DNA of 64,000 bases from the human T2T-CHM13v2.0 reference genome, Homo sapiens, in assembly GCF_009914755.1 (NCBI RefSeq), contig NC_060938.1. The stretch is one strand, 5' to 3'. Shown piece by piece: positions 1 through 29,274 of the stretch; positions within the stretch are counted from its first letter, which is position 1, and each line of letters opens with the position of its first letter. The position numbers and the translations under genes were made by a program. The notes below the pieces were generated by a model. That model was not told the origin of the DNA. It searched no databases and worked only from the letters and a program-made list of their open reading frames with translations.

Positions 1-69
1 CCTGGGTGACAGCAAGAATCTGTCTCAAAAAAAAAAAAAAAAAAAAAAAAAAAAGAAAAGAAAAAGGAA

Positions 70-4560
<4,491 letters not shown>

Positions 4561-5813
4561 CCATTCTAACCACTTTCAAGTGCACAGGCCACTGTCACTG
4601 AGCACGCTCACACTGTTGTACAAGCACCGTCCATCTCCAGAAATCTTTCATCTTCCCAGACTGAAACTCTGTCTCCCTTAAACAGCTCCCCAGCTCCCAC
4701 TCCCAGTCCCTGGCAACCACCATGCCACTTCCTGTGTCTATGAATTTGCCTGCTTTGGGGACCTCAAGCCTAGTGTTTGCCTTTTTGTGGCTGGCTTATT
4801 TCACTAGCTTATTTCAGCACAGGTCCTCCAGGTCCATCTGTGGTGTAGCAGGTAGACACCTGTTGCAGACAGATAAGCCAAGTCCCAGTCTCGGCTATGC
4901 CACTTGAGCCCTCTGAGCCTCAGACGCTGCTGTAGACTGGGAATAGTGACCCTTCACCACAAAAGGTACATGAGGGGTCCACTTACGTTCCTGGGAGGAC
5001 AGCAGGGTCCTTGGTGACTTATTCTCTGGATACTTCCGAATACCTCCTGCGTGCCAGGCCCTGCTGTACCCCTAGGAATAGAGCCGTAAAGAAGAGGGCC
5101 ACCACCCCCCCTCTCCACCCACTTTCCTTCCGCCCAGCAGTACCCCAGCTCAGACACTCCGCTCACCTCACTGGTCTGCCAGGAAAGTCATCTCTTTCCT
5201 TTTATGCTGTTGAAAATGGGTTGGTCAATATCCCAGAAGTGTTCAGGGTGCTTCAAGTTGCATTTTGAGCTCCTCAGCTATTGATTGGGAAGAATAATTG
5301 TCTTCACTTTATCCTGAGTCAGGCCTTTGGTGGAAAAGTGCAGGAAAGGCTATAGGAGGAGGTGGCCAGGGGGCCTTCTGTCCAGGTATTTAGGGGTTAT
5401 GAGCTCCTCTGGGCCCACCCCCGCTGACAACATCACACCTCCAGCCAAGCACACACTTGACCCAAAGACCTGAGTTTGCCATCAAAGCAGATCCAGGGTT
5501 TGGTTCGGAGTGGAAAGATTAACATGAAAAAAGCTGGAGTGGTAGGCAGAAAGGCCTAGAGAAGATCTGTCTGTCTGTCTGTCTGTTTTATTCCCCCAAC
5601 CCCTCCCCACCAGCCACACCCAGATTGAGGAGCACCAGCAGCCATGGGCTGGCATGTGACAGGCTGGTCAGTGTGCTGGGAACACAGTTCTGGGCAGAGG
5701 ATCTGATGCTGAAAAGAGCCTCAGTGTATCTTCAGTGCCTCCTCCCCTGTCCCTGGTGGTCTGGGTGTCCAGTGCAGCCCTGGTCTGGCCCGGCAATCTC
5801 TCTGATAGGGTCA

Positions 5814-6054
<241 letters not shown>

Positions 6055-6127
6055 TTAGAAAATTGGCCGGGCGCGGTGGCTCACACCTCTAATCCCAGCA
6101 CTTTGGGAGGCCGAGGCAGGCAGATCA

Positions 6128-6400
<273 letters not shown>

Positions 6401-6641
6401 CTACAAAAAATTAAAAAATTAGCTGGGCAGCGTGGCACGTGCCTGTGGTCCCAGCTACTCAGAAGGCTGAGGCGGGAGGATCTCTTGAGCCTAAGGGGTC
6501 GAGGCTGCAGTGAACCCTGATCACGCCGCTGCGCTCCAACCTGGGTGCCAGGAGCCAGAGATTGCAGTGAGACGAGGTCGCACCACTGCACTCCAGCCTG
6601 GGCAATAGAATGCAACTCCGTCTCAAAATAAATAAATAAAA

Positions 6642-7052
6642 ATAAATAAATAAAGTGTGCAGTTCAGTGGCACCAAGTACATTCATGGCAGCCTCGCCAC
6701 CGTCCATCTTCAGAACTTTGTCATCTCCCCAAACAAGCGCTGTACCCATTAGGCAGGCACTCCCCATCCCCACCCACCATTCACTTACTTTTCTCTCTTT
6801 CTTTCTTTCTCTCTTTTCTTTTCTTTTTCTTTCTTTCCTTCCTTCTCTTTCTTTTTCTTTCTTTTTTTTTTCTTTTAGATAGGGTCTCATTCCGTCACCC
6901 AAGCTGGAGTGCAGTGGCACTATCTTGGCTCACCACCACAGCCTCAGCCTCCCCAAGTAGCTGGGACTACAGGTGTGTACCACCACACCTTGCTAATTTT
7001 TAAATTTTCATTTGTTTTAGAGACAAAGTCTCACTGTGTTGCCCAGGCTAGT
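6642..7052 (+). repeat. Copy A of a local inverted duplication (L1M fragment plus internally deleted Alu)
   Basis: Reverse complement of 11588-11970, including the same L1/Alu junction and the same Alu internal deletion. Confidence 0.85.
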
Positions 7053-7053
7053 C

Positions 7054-7328
7054 TAGGGATGAGAGCCTCCTGGATTTGGGGTGGGGCCCTGAAAGACACA
7101 GAGACACACAGCAGGGAAGAGCAGATGAGGTGGAGGCAGAGGCTGGAGGGACGTAGCTGCAAGCGCAGGAGCACCAAGGGCCGGTGGAACCGCAGAAACC
7201 GCAGCGAGGGAGCCAGCCCTGCTGACACTTTGATTCCGGACTTCCATCGCAGAACTGAGAGAAAGAATCAACCCCTGTCGTCCTGAGCCCCCAGCGTGTG
7301 GTGCTGTGGTGCAGCCGCAGGAAACACG
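7054..7328 (+). mobile_element. MaLR LTR (MLT1-type) fragment
   Basis: cagccctgctgacactttgatt..gacttcc..cagaactgagagaaag and the 3' end resemble the MLT1 consensus. Confidence 0.65.
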
Positions 7329-8944
7329 TGCTTTCCAGAATGACAGCTGGTGTCCGCAAGAACAGCAGGAACTCATCAGCATTTGGAAGTGAGACTGGGT
7401 GGATGTGCAGTCCCGGAAAAAGAGGCGGAGATTTATGTCTGGTGGCGGGGAGCCCGTGTGTTCAGCAGCTTCTGGAAGGAATTGATAGATGGAAGCTGCT
7501 AGAGGCGTTGCTGACAGCCTCTCCTTGAGGCCAGACTCCAGAGCTGGAACCTGGTAGAAGCCTTAGTCTCCTCATTTACCGCAGCGGTGACGGGTGGGGC
7601 AGTGTGAGATCTGAGCCGAGGGCCCGCATCAAAGTCCCCTTTCGGCTTCTCCATCTGTGACATGGGTTGCACCTGCTCTGACTGCTGCTTACGAGAGATG
7701 GTGAGCAGTGTTCTGTGCTGCGTGGCCGTGACTGCCGAGGTTCTGTGAAGACGGGAACCACGGGCTGAAAGCAATAGAGACCCCAGACCACCAGGGTCAG
7801 CTCGCCCCCGCCCCCACCCATCTTCTTTCTGAAGGCTGCGCTTTTCCTTTTCAATATGACCTAAGCCCTTTGCAGGATATCTCCATTCGCACATTTCCTT
7901 ACTCAGGGTCTGGGTCTGCCCTGCAGAGCTGAGCTGAACGGCACTATCAGGACTTTCTACTGGGACAATTGAATGCGACCCCCCTCCCACCGTCGGCTCT
8001 GCCCTCCTCCTGTTTCCACAGGTCTGGAGACGTTCCCTCTGCCCAGGTGGGGGCCGTGGCTGGAAGTCCGCCTCTGCTGGAGGTGCCCGAACCTCATGCC
8101 TCTTGCCCCCAGATCGCCTTTCCCTTGGACGTTGCCCGAGGCGTGTGGTCCCAGTTGGCCAACATGGAGCTTAGTTGGGAGGATGTGAGTGGCCCTCTCC
8201 TCCCAAAGATGATCGTGAATCCTCGGGGGCTGAGAAACCTGCTGAGAGAGAAAGAAAACAGTGGGAATAGTGCCTACAGCTGCGCTTCCTCAGTAGACAG
8301 GAGGCAGGGCTGCTGGGGGAGGGAAAAGGGAAGCCGGCCGGGGTGGGGGTGGAGAAGGTGGGGTCTCTGGAGGAGAACTCATCCTGGAGGAGTTTAACAA
8401 TAGGAGAGGTGGGTGGGAGCATGGAGGTGTCTCCCATACACCACCCCTGCCTCTGGGGGTAGAGGTGCCACCCCAAGGAACAGGGCTTGTGAACTCAAAG
8501 AACACTTGAGAGGATTGGGCCACCCCAGCCTGCATGCCCATCCCCAGCCTGCTACAGTGTGTTCCTGGGGGGGCCTGTGGGCCTAAGCCAAGCAGTGCCT
8601 GGCATTCTCTTGGCCACAGACAAGGGTCCAAGGTGGGCTGGTAACCTTGGGAGGTGGAATCCAAGTGAAGCCTGGGGCATTATCGATGCTTTGGGGGACA
8701 AGCTTCTCCTGCTGGACAGTGGGGACCACAGATACAACGTCTGGAACTGCTCTGGCCATTTCTGCCTCTACAGAGGAGCCAGACTGACCTCCAGCCACAC
8801 AGCCATGCAGACACTGGGAGGCAGAGCCAAGAAAGCTGTAGGGACCCCCAGTGTAGGGTCCGGGAGCTCAAGGGCAACCACAGCCTGCTCATCTGGGTGC
8901 CTACATGAGCCAACAGCCCTTCTGTAGTTTAACCAGTTGAATCA

Positions 8945-9382
<438 letters not shown>

Positions 9383-9466
9383 CTAGGAACAGAGAGAAGC
9401 CAAAGGGACAAGGGGAAGGCACGGCACCTGATGGGAGCTGCCTGGTGAGAGAAACAGTCAGGAAGG

Positions 9467-9785
9467 ACTACAGGAGCTAGGACACCAGGGGATCACATCC
9501 TTCCCTAGCACCTTCACGGGGAGTATGGTCCTGCCAACACCGTGATCTAGAACTTCTGGCCTCCAGAACGGTGGAACGATACATTTCTATTGTTTATGCC
9601 ACTCTGTTTGTGGTACTTTGCTACAGCAACCCTACAAATTAATACCCACCTCTTGGGGCAAACCCAATCAGAAGCCAGGCATTGAAGGAGCCTGGGAGAG
9701 CAGTCTGCAGGGAAGGCCTCCCAAGGCATAAAAAGCAGGATTGAGGAGGGGCAGTGTGGCAAAAGGAGAACAGCCAGAATGCCAG
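9467..9785 (+). repeat. Copy 1 of a ~320-bp direct duplication
   Basis: About 8 mismatches by manual alignment to 11034-11352, constant offset 1567. Confidence 0.95.
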
Positions 9786-9875
9786 ATGCCCCTTCGGCTG
9801 GAAATGAGGAGAGGGGAGGGGACTGAATACATGGACTGCTCTCTCCTCCCACCCAGGCCTCCTCCTGGGCTTCCC

Positions 9876-11212
<1,337 letters not shown>

Positions 11213-11587
11213 CTCCTTCTTGGGGCAAACCCAATCAGAAGCCAGGCATTGAAGGAGCCTGGGAGAGCAGTCTGCAGGGAAGGCCTCCCAAGGCATAAAA
11301 AGCAGGATTGAGGAGGGGCAGCGTGGCAAAAGGAGAACAGCTGGAATGCCAGTTTGGTGGGTTGTCTGTTGACTGCAACCAGAAGTCTCCAAACCTCAAC
11401 ACAGAATTTGGTACCAGGAGTGGGGTGTTACAAGTGAAGAGACTAAAACATGGAGTGGTCTGAGCTAAGGGGGTAAAAATGGAAGATGGTAAGGACCCCA
11501 CTCTACCGAGTTGGGAAATGGCCATGGGGTAGCACAACAGCTGGTTGTAGCTAAGGTGGGAGGATCACTTGAGCCCAGGTGTTTGAA

Positions 11588-11970
11588 ACTAGCCTGGGCA
11601 ACATAGTGAGACGTTGTCTCTAAAACAAATAAAAACTAAAAAATTAGCTAGGTGTGGTGGTGCACACCTGTAGTCCTAGCTACCTGGGGAGGCAGAGGCT
11701 GCGGTGAGCCAAGATAGTGCCACTGCACTCCAGCTTGGGCGACGGAATAAGACCCTATCTGAAAAAAAGAAAAAGAAAGAAAGGAAAAAGAAAGTGAATG
11801 GTGGGTGCCAGGGACTGAGTGAGGGGGATGGGGAGTGCCTGCTTAATAGGTAATGGGAACAGGGCTTGTTTGGGGAGATGAGAAATTTCTGGAGATGGAT
11901 GGTGGCAGGGCTGCCCAACAACATGAATGTACTTGGTGCCACTGAACTGCACACTTTATTTACTTATTTA
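11588..11970 (-). repeat. Copy B of the local inverted duplication
   Basis: Reverse complement matches 6642-7052. The ORF track gives [11 protein letters not shown] on opposite strands at both sites. Confidence 0.85.
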
Positions 11971-11978
11971 TTTTTTAA

Positions 11979-12188
<210 letters not shown>

Positions 12189-12385
12189 TAGCCAGGATCG
12201 TCTCGATCTCCTGAGCTCGTGATCTGCCCGCCTCGGCCTCCCGAAGTGCTGAGATTACAGGTGTGAGCCACCATGCCTGGCTCTATTTTTATTTTTTTGA
12301 GACAGAGTCATGCTCTGTCACCCAGGCTGGAGTGCAGTGGTGAAATCTTGGCTCACTGAAACCTCCACCTTTCGGGTTCAGGTGA

Positions 12386-12598
<213 letters not shown>

Positions 12599-12778
12599 TA
12601 GTTAAGATGGCACATTCCATGTTGTGGGTATTTTACCACAATGTTAAAAAAAAAAGGAAGGCCAGGCACAGTGGCTCACACCTGTAACCCCAGCAGTTTG
12701 GGAGGCCGAGGCAGGCAGATCACCTGAGGTCAAGAGTTGAGACCAGCCTGACCAACATGGAGAAACCCGTCTCTATTA

Positions 12779-12931
<153 letters not shown>

Positions 12932-12940
12932 TCAATCTCA

Positions 12941-13414
<474 letters not shown>

Positions 13415-14572
13415 TCATCTGAGGTCAGGAGTTTGAGACCAGTCTGGCCAACATGGTGAAACCCCGTCTCTACTAAAAAGACAAGCATTAGCTGGGTGTG
13501 GTGGCACACGCCTGTAGTCCCAGCTACTTGGGAGGCTGAGGCAAGAGAATTGCTTGAACATGGGAGGTGGAGGTTGCAGAGCTGAGACTGCACCACTGCA
13601 CTCCAGCCTGGATGACAGAGACTCTGTCTCAGGAAAAAAAATGTAAATAAAAAAAAAAAGGAAAACATTTAATAAAACATATGATTTTGTATCTGTATAT
13701 ATCATGTCTCTACTCTTCAGGAACATCAATGTCCTGGTAGACACACTGGGGCCGCTGTTCTACAATAAAAGAAGTGAAAAAACATGACAAGTAAATGCCA
13801 TTGGATCCAGACTTAAGGAAAATTGTTCTCCAGGACATTACTGGGACACTTGGTGACATTTAATCAAGGACTGACTGTAGACAGTACTGTGGTCTCAGTG
13901 CTGTGTCTGCTGGGTTTGATGATACGCCGTCGTTCTTAGCAGAGGTAGGCTGAAGCATTTAGGAGTGAAGGGTCATTATATTTGCAACTTATTCCCAAAT
14001 GGCTCAATCAAATCATAATGGCCCCTTCTAGCTCTTAAAAGTCATGAGGCGGCCAGGCCTGGTGGCTCCCATCTGTAATCCCAGCACTTTGGGAGGCTGA
14101 AACAGACGGAGACCACAGAGTGGGGAACCGGACTGGAGTCATCAGCTCCTGTTTCCCAGCCCAGTGTGGCTCCTCATGGGCCATGATTCAGGACTGAATT
14201 CAGTTCCTTCCTTTTTCCTTCCCTTCCCTCCCTCCTTCCTTTAATGCCAACCACCCTGTGTATCATCACAGGGGCCACAGAGATGAGCCTGACCTCGGCT
14301 GTGTGGGAGGAGGCAACACTCACCTAAGCAGGGACGTGAGGCAGAAGTGCTAGTGCTTCTAGAGATAACGATACCTCTCCATGCCCAAGAAGCAGGGCTC
14401 ACAGCAGGCCATGCATGCTCCAACGAACAGGATCATGCCGGGAACTGAGAAGACCCCAGGGGATGTGCAGGCCACCACTGCAGCTTGATGAACCACCCCA
14501 AGATGTAGCGGCATTTAAAACACTATTTTATTTGTAATCCCAGCATGTTGGGAGGCCGAGGTGCGCAGATCA

Positions 14573-14812
<240 letters not shown>

Positions 14813-14815
14813 TTA

Positions 14816-15268
<453 letters not shown>

Positions 15269-15995
15269 TCAAAATAAATAAATAAATAACAATTTCATTA
15301 TGCTCAGATTCTGTGGGTCAAAGATTTGGACAAGGCACATCAAGGATGGCTTGTCTGCTCCTCAATGTCTTAAAGACTGACACAGTGGCTAGGGTTTGGA
15401 GTGCTCCAAGGACATGTTCACTCACAGCTCAGCCGGTGATGCTGGCTGTCACGACTGGGCTTCTCTATGAGGTGTTGTCGTGTCCCCCACCCCAGCCCCC
15501 CAGTGGCTGTTTGGGCTTCCTCACAGCATGGCAGCTGAGATCCAAGTGTGAGCTTCCCAAGAGAGCCAGGTGGAGGCTGTATCACCTCTTTGTTTTTTTT
15601 GGAGACAGAGTCTTGCTCTGTCACCCAGGCTGGAGTGCAATGATGTGATCTCGGCTCACTGAAACCTCCGCCTCCTGGGTTCAAGTGATTCTCCTGCCTC
15701 AGCCTCCCGAGTAGCTGGGATTACAAGCATCTGCCACCACACCTGGCTAATTTTTGTATTTTTAGTAGAGTTGGGGTTTCACCATGTTGGCCAGACTGGT
15801 CTTTAAACTCCTGACCTCAGGTAATCCACCTGCCTCGTCTTCCCAAAGTGCTGGGATTACAGGCATGAGCCACCGCACCCGGCCTGTATCACCTTTTAAA
15901 ACCTGGCTTACGAGATTGTGCCATTGTACTCCAGCCTGGGCAAAAAAGAGAAACTCCGTCTAAAACAAACAAACAAACAAACAAAACCTGGTTTA

Positions 15996-16196
<201 letters not shown>

Positions 16197-16222
16197 TCAG
16201 GAGGGTGGATCACCTGAGGTCA

Positions 16223-16489
<267 letters not shown>

Positions 16490-16644
16490 TCATGCCTGTA
16501 ATCCCAGCATTTTGGGAGGCCGAGGCAGGCAGATCACGAGGTCAGGAGTCCGAGACCAGCCTGGCCAACATGGTGAAACCCTGTCTCTACTAAGAATACA
16601 AAAAATTAGGCAGGCGTGGTGGTGGGTGCCTGTAATCCCAGCTA

Positions 16645-16789
<145 letters not shown>

Positions 16790-16939
16790 TTAGTCCTAGA
16801 GTGTTACTTCCACTGTAGTCACAGGCCTGTCCAGACTCCAGGGGAAGGCATATTGATTCTACCTCATGTGGGAGAACGTCGAAGTCTTACTGTGAGAAGA
16901 ACTGTGTAAGGGGAGATGGTGAGGCAGCCTGAAGGACGG

Positions 16940-23700
<6,761 letters not shown>

Positions 23701-26617
23701 GTAAATGTATTTTCATAATAAAATGTTGGGAGAAAATCTCCAATATGGAATCTGTTTTCCATGGCAAATCCCTAATCGCAGGTACCACAGCCCCACTGTT
23801 TCCCTCTATCAGTGTTCTTCAAACCATTTTGAAATTATCTGGAGGACATAGGTGTCTTCCCTTCTCCCAGTTTCTGGCATAACCTTTTGGATAACTATAT
23901 AAAACACGTCCAGTCTCCATGCCACATACTGTGGGAAGTCCAGCACTTTCCTCAAGATATCTCATGATTCCTTGAGAGGAAGTGAAGTGGGGTAAATATT
24001 ATCCTGGTCACTTGGAGTGCTGTCGCCCTGGCACCTGGCTCAAGTCCAGAGACACAGGTCGGGCTCAGTCGGCATAGGACGAACTCAGTGTACCCAGCCA
24101 GGCTGAGCTTGGTCGGTGATGTCTTCCTCCCTGCTGCCATTTGAGCCTCAGTCCTCATCTGCAGAAATTCTGGTCCCAGGGGACCGCCCAGACGGCTTCC
24201 CTCGCTGCCTGGCGCCTCCAGCTGTCTTAAAGCTTCGGCCGGCACTGGCGCAGCCTCCCTCCAGCTGTACCAGGAAACAGGACACAAATGCTGGGGGTCT
24301 GGGTCACCAGGCCATGTGAGGAAACCAGCTACCACAACCAGGGCTTGCTGAGACAGGATCCCAGGTGTGGGGGACAGTGCTGCTGAGCCGTCACGGTGGC
24401 CTGCTGGCCCTGGGAGAACCCAGGGCTCTGTTCTCTCAGGGGCCCCTGGGCTGTCCTGCGGGAGTGGAGTGGGTGTGAAGGACAGAAAGACAGACTGAGG
24501 GGTGGCTTCCTGCCAGGGTGTCCACCACACCTCCTTCCGATCTTGAGCGCGCCTTTCCCTGCAGTTCTGAAGGAAGTGGTCCCTGGAGCTCTGTGCTCAG
24601 CGGCCCCAGCTCTTTAAAGAAAAAACACCCTGGCCGGGTGTGGTGGCTCACGCCTGTAATCCCAGCACTTTGGGAGGCCGAGGTGGGTGGATCACGAGGT
24701 CAGGAGTTCAAGACCAGCCTGGCTAAGATGGTGAAACCTCGTCTCTATTAAAAATACAAAAATTAGCCAGGCATGGTGGCAGGCACCTGTAATCCCAGCT
24801 ACTCGGGAGGCTGAGGCAGGAGAATTGCTTGAACTCTGCAGGGCGGAGGTTGCAGTGAGCCGAGATTGCACCACTGCACTCCAGCCTGGGCAACAGAGTG
24901 AGACTCCGTTTCAATAAAAAAAAAAAAAAAAGAAAGAAAGGAAAAAACACCCTGGAAATCAGAGGAATTGCATTTTTAGAATTGAAGCCTGAGACCAGAG
25001 AGGGTGTGACCTGTGGCTGAGAGCAACGCGGGCCAGATCCCAGATTAGCCAGGTCCGGATGCCAGGCAGCCCCTCCCTGGACCAGCACGCCCGTCCGGTG
25101 ACTCGTCCCTAAGCCTCGTGCTGACAAGGAGGGTGAGCAGGCTGCGGGGAGGGGTCAGGGCTGTGTGGAGTCAACCAGCCTGCTCTTCCCATGGCCTGTG
25201 CTTCCCCCGCCCCAGCCCCTCCAGCCAGGTCACCCCTCCCAGCCAGAGGATGGGCACCTGAGTACAGCTGCCAGCCAGGGACAGGCTTCAGGCTGCCTCC
25301 ACCCTGCCCTTCTTCTTCTCTCCCTCTTTCCTCCCCACCCTCTTCCTCCCTCCTTTCTTCAGGCATTCACAGACAGGGCTGCCCACAAGGCTGCAGATCC
25401 TCAAGAACCAAAGGGAAATTCCTGCCTGCTTGTCTCTTCCAAAAAGCCGCTCGCAAAGACAGACATCTACAAACATCTACAGTAAAAAGATGAATAGTGT
25501 AAAAAATAACAACTTCCTGTTCCATTCTCCACTTGAGACAAACGGGACTGCATGGTTTGTTGCATGTGGGCACTGCACTTCCTTCCTGTGGTCCCCCCAC
25601 CTGCCACGGGAGTGTCCCTCTCCCTCATCTCCTGGATCCCCGAGGGACGCAGGGCTCCCCTCTGCACTTCTTCAGGCCTCTCATCTTAGTTCCTGCTGGC
25701 CGTCAGCTCACTTGTCCAGGGCACCCGGTTCTGTTGCCCAGCCTGGCACCTGATACTAGCAGTTCTCAATGAATACTGAGAATGACGTGAATATGAAAAA
25801 TTGTAGGCTCTATGCTTGCCTCCGATGTCCCAGGGGCCTGGCAAATGGCAGAAGGTGGGTAGTTCCCCCCCTCCTTTTTTTTTTTTGAGACAGGGTCTCA
25901 CTCTGTTGCCCAGGCTGGAGTGCAGTGACACAGTCATAGCTCACTACAGCCTTGACCTCCTGGGCTCAAGTGATCCTTCCACCTCAGTTCAGCCTTCTGA
26001 GTAGCTGAGACTATAAGGGTGCATCACCATGCCTGGATAATTAAAAAAAATTTTTTTTGTAGAGTCAGGGTCTTACTATGTTGCCCAGGTTGTCCATGCC
26101 TTTTAACCCCAGGCAGTACCTTAGGAGCCCAACCTAGGAGCTGCTAACGGCTCCAAGGACTGCAGGATCTCCTGAGGATCATGGCAGAAGTCAGGGACTT
26201 AAGGGACCCGAAGAGTCTGCTCCCCTTGAAAAGGGAGCAAGAGCAGCATCTCTGTGCAAAGGAAGCCTGGAGAAGCAGCAGCCCAGCCCTCCTCTCATGC
26301 TTGCTTGAGGGTTGCCCTTGCAGCTGCGTCAGGTGCTGAGCAGGCTGTGGGGAAGAGGACACCAGCCCCTCCTGTTCTCTGCTTACAGGCTGAGGAGAAG
26401 GCAGCTGTGTAAGCTGACCACATACTACACATTGGGGAAGGGACAGGTGGGTGGTCAGAGGAGGCCTTGACCCAGGCAGGTGCTGTCAGAAGCGGCTTCC
26501 CCCAGGAAGTGACGATCATTTGAATCCTGGAGCACTGGGGGGAATGGGGGAGGGAGAACATTCTAGGCACAGTGAATACTATGTACAGGGGCATGGCTAT
26601 GTGAGAGACCAGGGTGA

Positions 26618-27109
<492 letters not shown>

Positions 27110-28397
27110 TGAGCCACCTCGCCGGCCTCTCCTGGGGCTTTGAACGCCTGCCTCCCTCCTCTCATTTGGGTCTCAGGTCACCCGCCTGCCTCTGAGTTCA
27201 CCCCTGACCACCTAGACTCTGCCTGTTCCATCATCTTTGTTCCATTTCTGCCTGTTCCATCATCTCGGCAAGATCCGGTATTTCCTTATGTGTTTATGGC
27301 CTACTTCTCCTCACTGGAATGTAAACTCTTAGAAAGCAGAGATCTTATCTATCTTGTTCACCTATGCATCCTTGGCTGTTATGAGGATCATGGGAGAGCA
27401 ACAAATATTTATTGAGGAAATAAAAGAACAAGGTAATAAAGCCAGAACAAAGTGGTGGCAGTGGAGATGGATTCAAGAAATACTGAGAGGCCGGGCATGG
27501 TGGCTCACACCTGTAATCTCAGCACTTTGGGAGGCCAGCTGGGAGGATCACTTGTGGCCAGGAGTTCGAGATCAGTCTGGGCAACATAGCAAGATCTCCT
27601 CTCTGCAAAAAATTTAAAAAACATTAGCTGGGAGTGGTGGTGCACACCTGTAGTCCCTAGCTACTTGGGAGGCTGAGGCAAGAGGATCTCTTGAGCCCAG
27701 GAGTTCGAGGTTACGGTGAGCTGATTGCCACTGCCCTCCAGTCAGGGTGACAAAGATACCCTAACTCAAAGAAATATTGAGGAAGTAGAATCTTTTCCAC
27801 CTGTTGTAGTAGGGCGTAAGGGAGCGGTGCAGGCATCCCAGGTTTCTGGCTAGGGTTGTGGGTGAGCAGAGGGGACAGTTACTGGGCGCAGCGGCACAGA
27901 AAGAATGAGCAGTCGATGCTTGGCGGTGCCCAGCCCAGTGGCTGAACTTAGTGACATCCAAGCTGCAGTCTGGCTGAAATCACTAACCTGAAAGTGGTAT
28001 GGAGAAAGTTTGTTTGACCCTGACTCAGTGCCTCTCCCCGGGCCAACCCTACCGTGTTACCTAGGAGCTCCCCCTTTGTAGCCCACCTTTGTCTTTATAA
28101 ATGAGATAAAAGTAACCAGACCTCCCTGGAAAAACCGAGGAGCACTTGCTTCTCTGGTGACTGCGGGGCCTAACTGCAGGGTTCACAAAGGGCTGCTGGT
28201 GCTGGGTGATAACATCGGAAAGGAACAGCAGTTCACAAGATGGGGCTGGGGGACTGGCCCAGGAACCCCTCCAGGTTAAATGATGCCTCCGGGCCCCGCA
28301 CTTGGGACGTCTGCAGGCACTGGGAGGGTTTTTCCCAAGCCGCTGGCAGCAGCGAGCGGAGCCTCGCCCATTGAATCAGCATGCCCTCCCGGCTGGC

Positions 28398-28407
28398 TGC
28401 TGAGTCA
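28398..28407 (-). promoter_or_regulatory. AP-1 / ARE-MARE motif TGACTCAGCA
   Basis: TGCTGAGTCA on +. A second TGACTCA at 28021-28027 and TGAATCAGCA at 28372-28381. Confidence 0.45.
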
Positions 28408-29193
28408 GGCCTGCGGAGCCGGCGAAGCCGCAGGACTTGACCCAGGCGCGCTCCGCTGCCCTTCAGGCCGGGCTGGAGGTCGAGGCCCTGCAGCCAGGGA
28501 GATGCGCCGGTGGCTGCGTGGGGACAGAGGGGGGTTGTCTCCCACCCTCACAGTCTACACCCCGGCCCTTCCCCTTTGCCCGTCTGAGGCGCAGTTTGTG
28601 TCGAGGGGGAGCGCCTGGAAAGTTTCCTCGTACAGATACGAGGGTCCAAAAGCCCCGAGGAGAGGGAATAATGAGAAGGGGAGGGCGCAGGGTTAGAGGT
28701 CAGGGTCTCGACCAAAGGCTGTCGGTTTTCCTGGAGGAGGGAGAAAGGCCTGGCCGGGATCATCTGATTCCGGGGCCTCCCGAAGGCCTCCTAGCTGGGT
28801 TTTGGGGGGACCGAAACGAGCGCATGAAGCTCGCGGGCCTGGGAGTGGGGTGGGGCGGGAGCCCAGTGGTGGCGGCTGCGGCCGGGCCTGACCGTCCCCG
28901 GCCGCATTCTGGTAGGGCCCACAGTCCGGCTGGAAGGGAAGCTGCCGAAGCGCTCGGTCATCGCGGCTGCGGAGTCGGAGAGGCCAGGGCCTGGCCGCCC
29001 ACCCCGCGAGCCGCGCCCTGCCCCGAGCGCCCCACCCCCGTCCGCGTTACAACCGGGAGGCCCGCTGGGTCCTGCACCGTCACCCTCCTCCCTGTGACCG
29101 CCCACCTGATACCCAAACAACTTTCTCGCCCCTCCAGTCCCCAGCTCGCCGAGCGCTTGCGGGGAGCCACCCAGCCTCAGTTTCCCCAGCCCC

Positions 29194-29258
29194 GGGCGGG
29201 GCGAGGGGCGATGACGTCATGCCGGCGCGCGGCATTGTGGGGCGGGGCGAGGCGGGGC
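29194..29258 (+). promoter_or_regulatory. Sp/KLF GC boxes
   Basis: GGGCGGGGC at ~29194-29202 and 29240-29248; GGCGGGGC at 29251-29258. Confidence 0.75.
29211..29220. promoter_or_regulatory. Perfect palindromic CRE (ATGACGTCAT)
   Basis: CREB/ATF consensus TGACGTCA about 60-70 bp upstream of the inferred TSS, flanked by GC boxes. Confidence 0.8.
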
Positions 29259-29274
29259 GCCGGGGGGAGCAACA

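Noticed and set aside
23952-25772. Repeat-poor GC-rich block with 100-190-aa ORFs
   Set aside because: No recognisable domain or consistent exon structure. It could be an enhancer, but sequence alone does not support a call.
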